Of a stretch of DNA of 33,830 nucleotides, positions 32,386-33,830 are shown one piece after another; position 1 is the first letter of the stretch; every line of letters begins with the position of its first letter. The DNA is taken from UHGV virus genome UHGV-0322223, one strand, 5' to 3'. Source of the DNA: a virus. A program made the position numbers and the translations under genes. Below the pieces are notes generated by a model, which ran no database searches, had not been told where the DNA came from, and worked only from the letters and a program-made list of their open reading frames with translations.

Positions 32386-32423
32386 CATCTTCTACGAGCG
32401 AAAGAACTCGCTCGTAGAAGATG
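32386..32423. repeat. 15-bp perfect inverted repeat CATCTTCTACGAGCG-N8-CGCTCGTAGAAGATG, 20 nt after the integrase stop
   Basis: Read directly. It is not followed by a T-run. Confidence 0.6.
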
Positions 32424-32460
32424 AAGCTAATTAAATAATGATAAGATGATGCAATATTTC

Positions 32461-32492
32461 TCCCCGGAGCTGATACTCCGGGGAATATTTTT
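32461..32492 (+). terminator. Hairpin TCCCCGGAG-ctgata-CTCCGGGGA followed by an AT-rich T-run; likely terminator between the integrase and the convergent endolysin
   Basis: A 9-bp perfect stem followed by ATATTTTT. Confidence 0.5.
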
Positions 32493-33465
32493 AATATAAC
32501 TGGAATTTATCAAGCGCAATGCCGAAACATCCGGCATATCCGTCCTGCCCGTTTCCTACTTCATTGTCGAATTGCCACGGATAGTAACCGCCGCCAATCG
32601 GAGCAACTCTGTACTGCGCTTTTTGATAACCATATTTTGCAACAATATCCGCCGGAGTATCATAATATACCTCTACGGCATCGATCACAGCTCCCGGATA
32701 TCCAGCATAGCCGTTGTTTGCGTCAGACCAGTTACATCCGGTTACGTAAGGTAACCATCCCTTGCCCTTTACATGCACGCGGTATTTTACAGTACCTTTA
32801 TTAACCTTTATCGCGATACCGGCGATTGTACGACCCGGAAGTCCTGCAAAATCAGACAGGTTATTCACAAAGGGCAGGATTGTTCCGTCGGTCAACATAA
32901 CGCCATAAGTAAACACAATGCCGGGATCACCGGATGCTGCACTGCTTCCGCCTCCACTGACAACCGGAGCATCCGGCAACTTGTCCATTCCCATATACTC
33001 ACGGATTTTATTAATAAAATATGTTTTACAGCCAGATGTGCCCCCATGAATCTCTACAGATCTGTGCGGACACGCTGTTGCATACACCTCCTTGTGCAGC
33101 CGGATTGTATTCGTGTTTGGAACGATACCGTACTGCTTACACTTCTGCGCTGCCAGCTTCAACGCATTCTCTTCATTTTTCTTAAAGATTTCCAAATCCC
33201 CCATACTCTGACAGACCTCGATCGAATAATAGTTCCGGTTTCCGTCTGTCTGCCCGCAGTGCCATGCTGCGTAGGCATCATCTTCCGCATACAAGATCCC
33301 GTCACTAGCTACATAAGCGTGAGCAAATCCGTTTTCTAACGGATGCGTTTGCAGCCATTTTCTGTAAAACGCTGCATTTGCATTTTGTGATCCTGCATCG
33401 TTGTGAATAAAAATTCCTCTCGGATTTCCACCTCTAAGTCCTGCTACTCCTCTACAAATACTCAT
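32491..33465 (-). CDS. Endolysin: N-acetylmuramoyl-L-alanine amidase (Amidase_2/PGRP) with a C-terminal cell-wall-binding region
   Basis: From the ATG at 33463-33465, with SD AGAAAGGAGAAGAAC. The motifs are GIFIHNDAGS...AWHCGQTDGNRNYYSIEVC...LHKEVYATACPHRS. The ORF-track N-terminal 17 aa lack an SD. Confidence 0.8.
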   Translation of the reverse strand: MSICRGVAGLRGGNPRGIFIHNDAGSQNANAAFYRKWLQTHPLENGFAHAYVASDGILYAEDDAYAAWHCGQTDGNRNYYSIEVCQSMGDLEIFKKNEENALKLAAQKCKQYGIVPNTNTIRLHKEVYATACPHRSVEIHGGTSGCKTYFINKIREYMGMDKLPDAPVVSGGGSSAASGDPGIVFTYGVMLTDGTILPFVNNLSDFAGLPGRTIAGIAIKVNKGTVKYRVHVKGKGWLPYVTGCNWSDANNGYAGYPGAVIDAVEVYYDTPADIVAKYGYQKAQYRVAPIGGGYYPWQFDNEVGNGQDGYAGCFGIALDKFQLY

Positions 33466-33512
33466 GTTCTTCTCCTTTCTTCCGGCATTTGCACCGGCGC
33501 AAAAGAGGGCGA

Positions 33513-33821
33513 TCACTCGCCCTCTGAATCTCCATCTTTATTTACGACCTTGTCTGCAACCTCTAAACCTTTAATCAATATAATCGGCACGTTAAATCCA
33601 GCTTCTACGAAATTTTCCAAAATCGAGCGAATCTCATTTATAAGCAAGCTGGCCAGTACGAACCATCCAAGCAATGTAGTGATCCCTAAATCTACACCGA
33701 TCGCCTTACCGATCTCGATAAAGATTGCCGATGCCCCAAACGCAACCATAATCATAAGCCAGTACCCCAACTTCTTAAGGACGCCTTTCCAGCCTCTGAC
33801 AGAGTTTTCTTTGTTGGCCAT
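33513..33821 (-). CDS. Holin (TcdE / Phage_holin_4_1-like)
   Basis: A 102-aa ORF with TM segments and the C-terminal ...LLINEIRSILENFVEAGFNVP pattern, as in TcdE-family holins. It lies immediately upstream of the amidase. Confidence 0.7.
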   Translation of the reverse strand: MANKENSVRGWKGVLKKLGYWLMIMVAFGASAIFIEIGKAIGVDLGITTLLGWFVLASLLINEIRSILENFVEAGFNVPIILIKGLEVADKVVNKDGDSEGE

Positions 33822-33830
33822 CTTGCTCTT

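Noticed and set aside
33466-33516. N-terminal 17 codons of the endolysin ORF overlapping the holin gene
   Set aside because: There is no SD. The internal ATG at 33465 has AAAGGAGAAGAAC upstream and leaves a normal 46-nt holin-lysin spacer.

Overview
This window is almost entirely one temperate siphovirus-like prophage of a low-to-moderate GC Firmicutes (Clostridia-like) host. The late and early genes run on the minus strand; the lysogeny genes run on the plus strand. From left to right the modules are as follows.

- **Left end:** a partial TcdE-like holin (1-153, -).
- **Tail module (about 175-8600, -):** a tail protein with two CBM5/12 repeats, an Ig-like tail protein, a receptor-binding-like protein, a Tal-like protein, Dit, the tape measure, the G/GT chaperone pair with an A_AAA_AAC -1 slippery site, and the major tail protein.
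- **Head-tail joining genes (8613-9867, -).**
- **Capsid, scaffold and terminase large subunit (9988-12809, -).**
- **Two small genes, then a MuF-like minor head protein with a C-terminal SHH-motif toxin-like extension, the portal, an HNH endonuclease and an ArpU-like late activator (12913-17216, -).**
- **Early and replication module (17337-22389, -):** DUF551, YopX, HNHc_6, a ParB-like nuclease-domain protein, an RNase H-like protein and a HUH rolling-circle Rep protein. Just upstream is a pC194/phiX-like nick-site hairpin that I propose as the double-strand origin (dso).
- **Small early genes (22689-25658):** includes a divergently duplicated cassette with structured hairpins.
- **Genetic switch (25696-26771):** a Cro-like gene, four TCACT-N3-AGTGA operators, and a LexA-like autocleavable cI repressor.
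- **IS110-family insertion (26976-28151)** with a presumptive bridge-RNA region.
- **AT-rich accessory island (28.4-30.6 kb):** a MazF-fold fusion protein, a consensus promoter plus terminator (candidate sRNA), a 27-aa hydrophobic type I toxin-like peptide, and a DinD-like protein.
- **Large serine recombinase integrase (30834-32366, +).**
- **Second lysis cassette:** downstream of the integrase lies a further amidase plus holin pair (32491-33821, -), which suggests a tandem prophage.

No rRNA, tRNA or CRISPR array is evident. All functional calls rest on motif recognition by eye. Coordinates of noncoding elements may be off by 1-2 nt.
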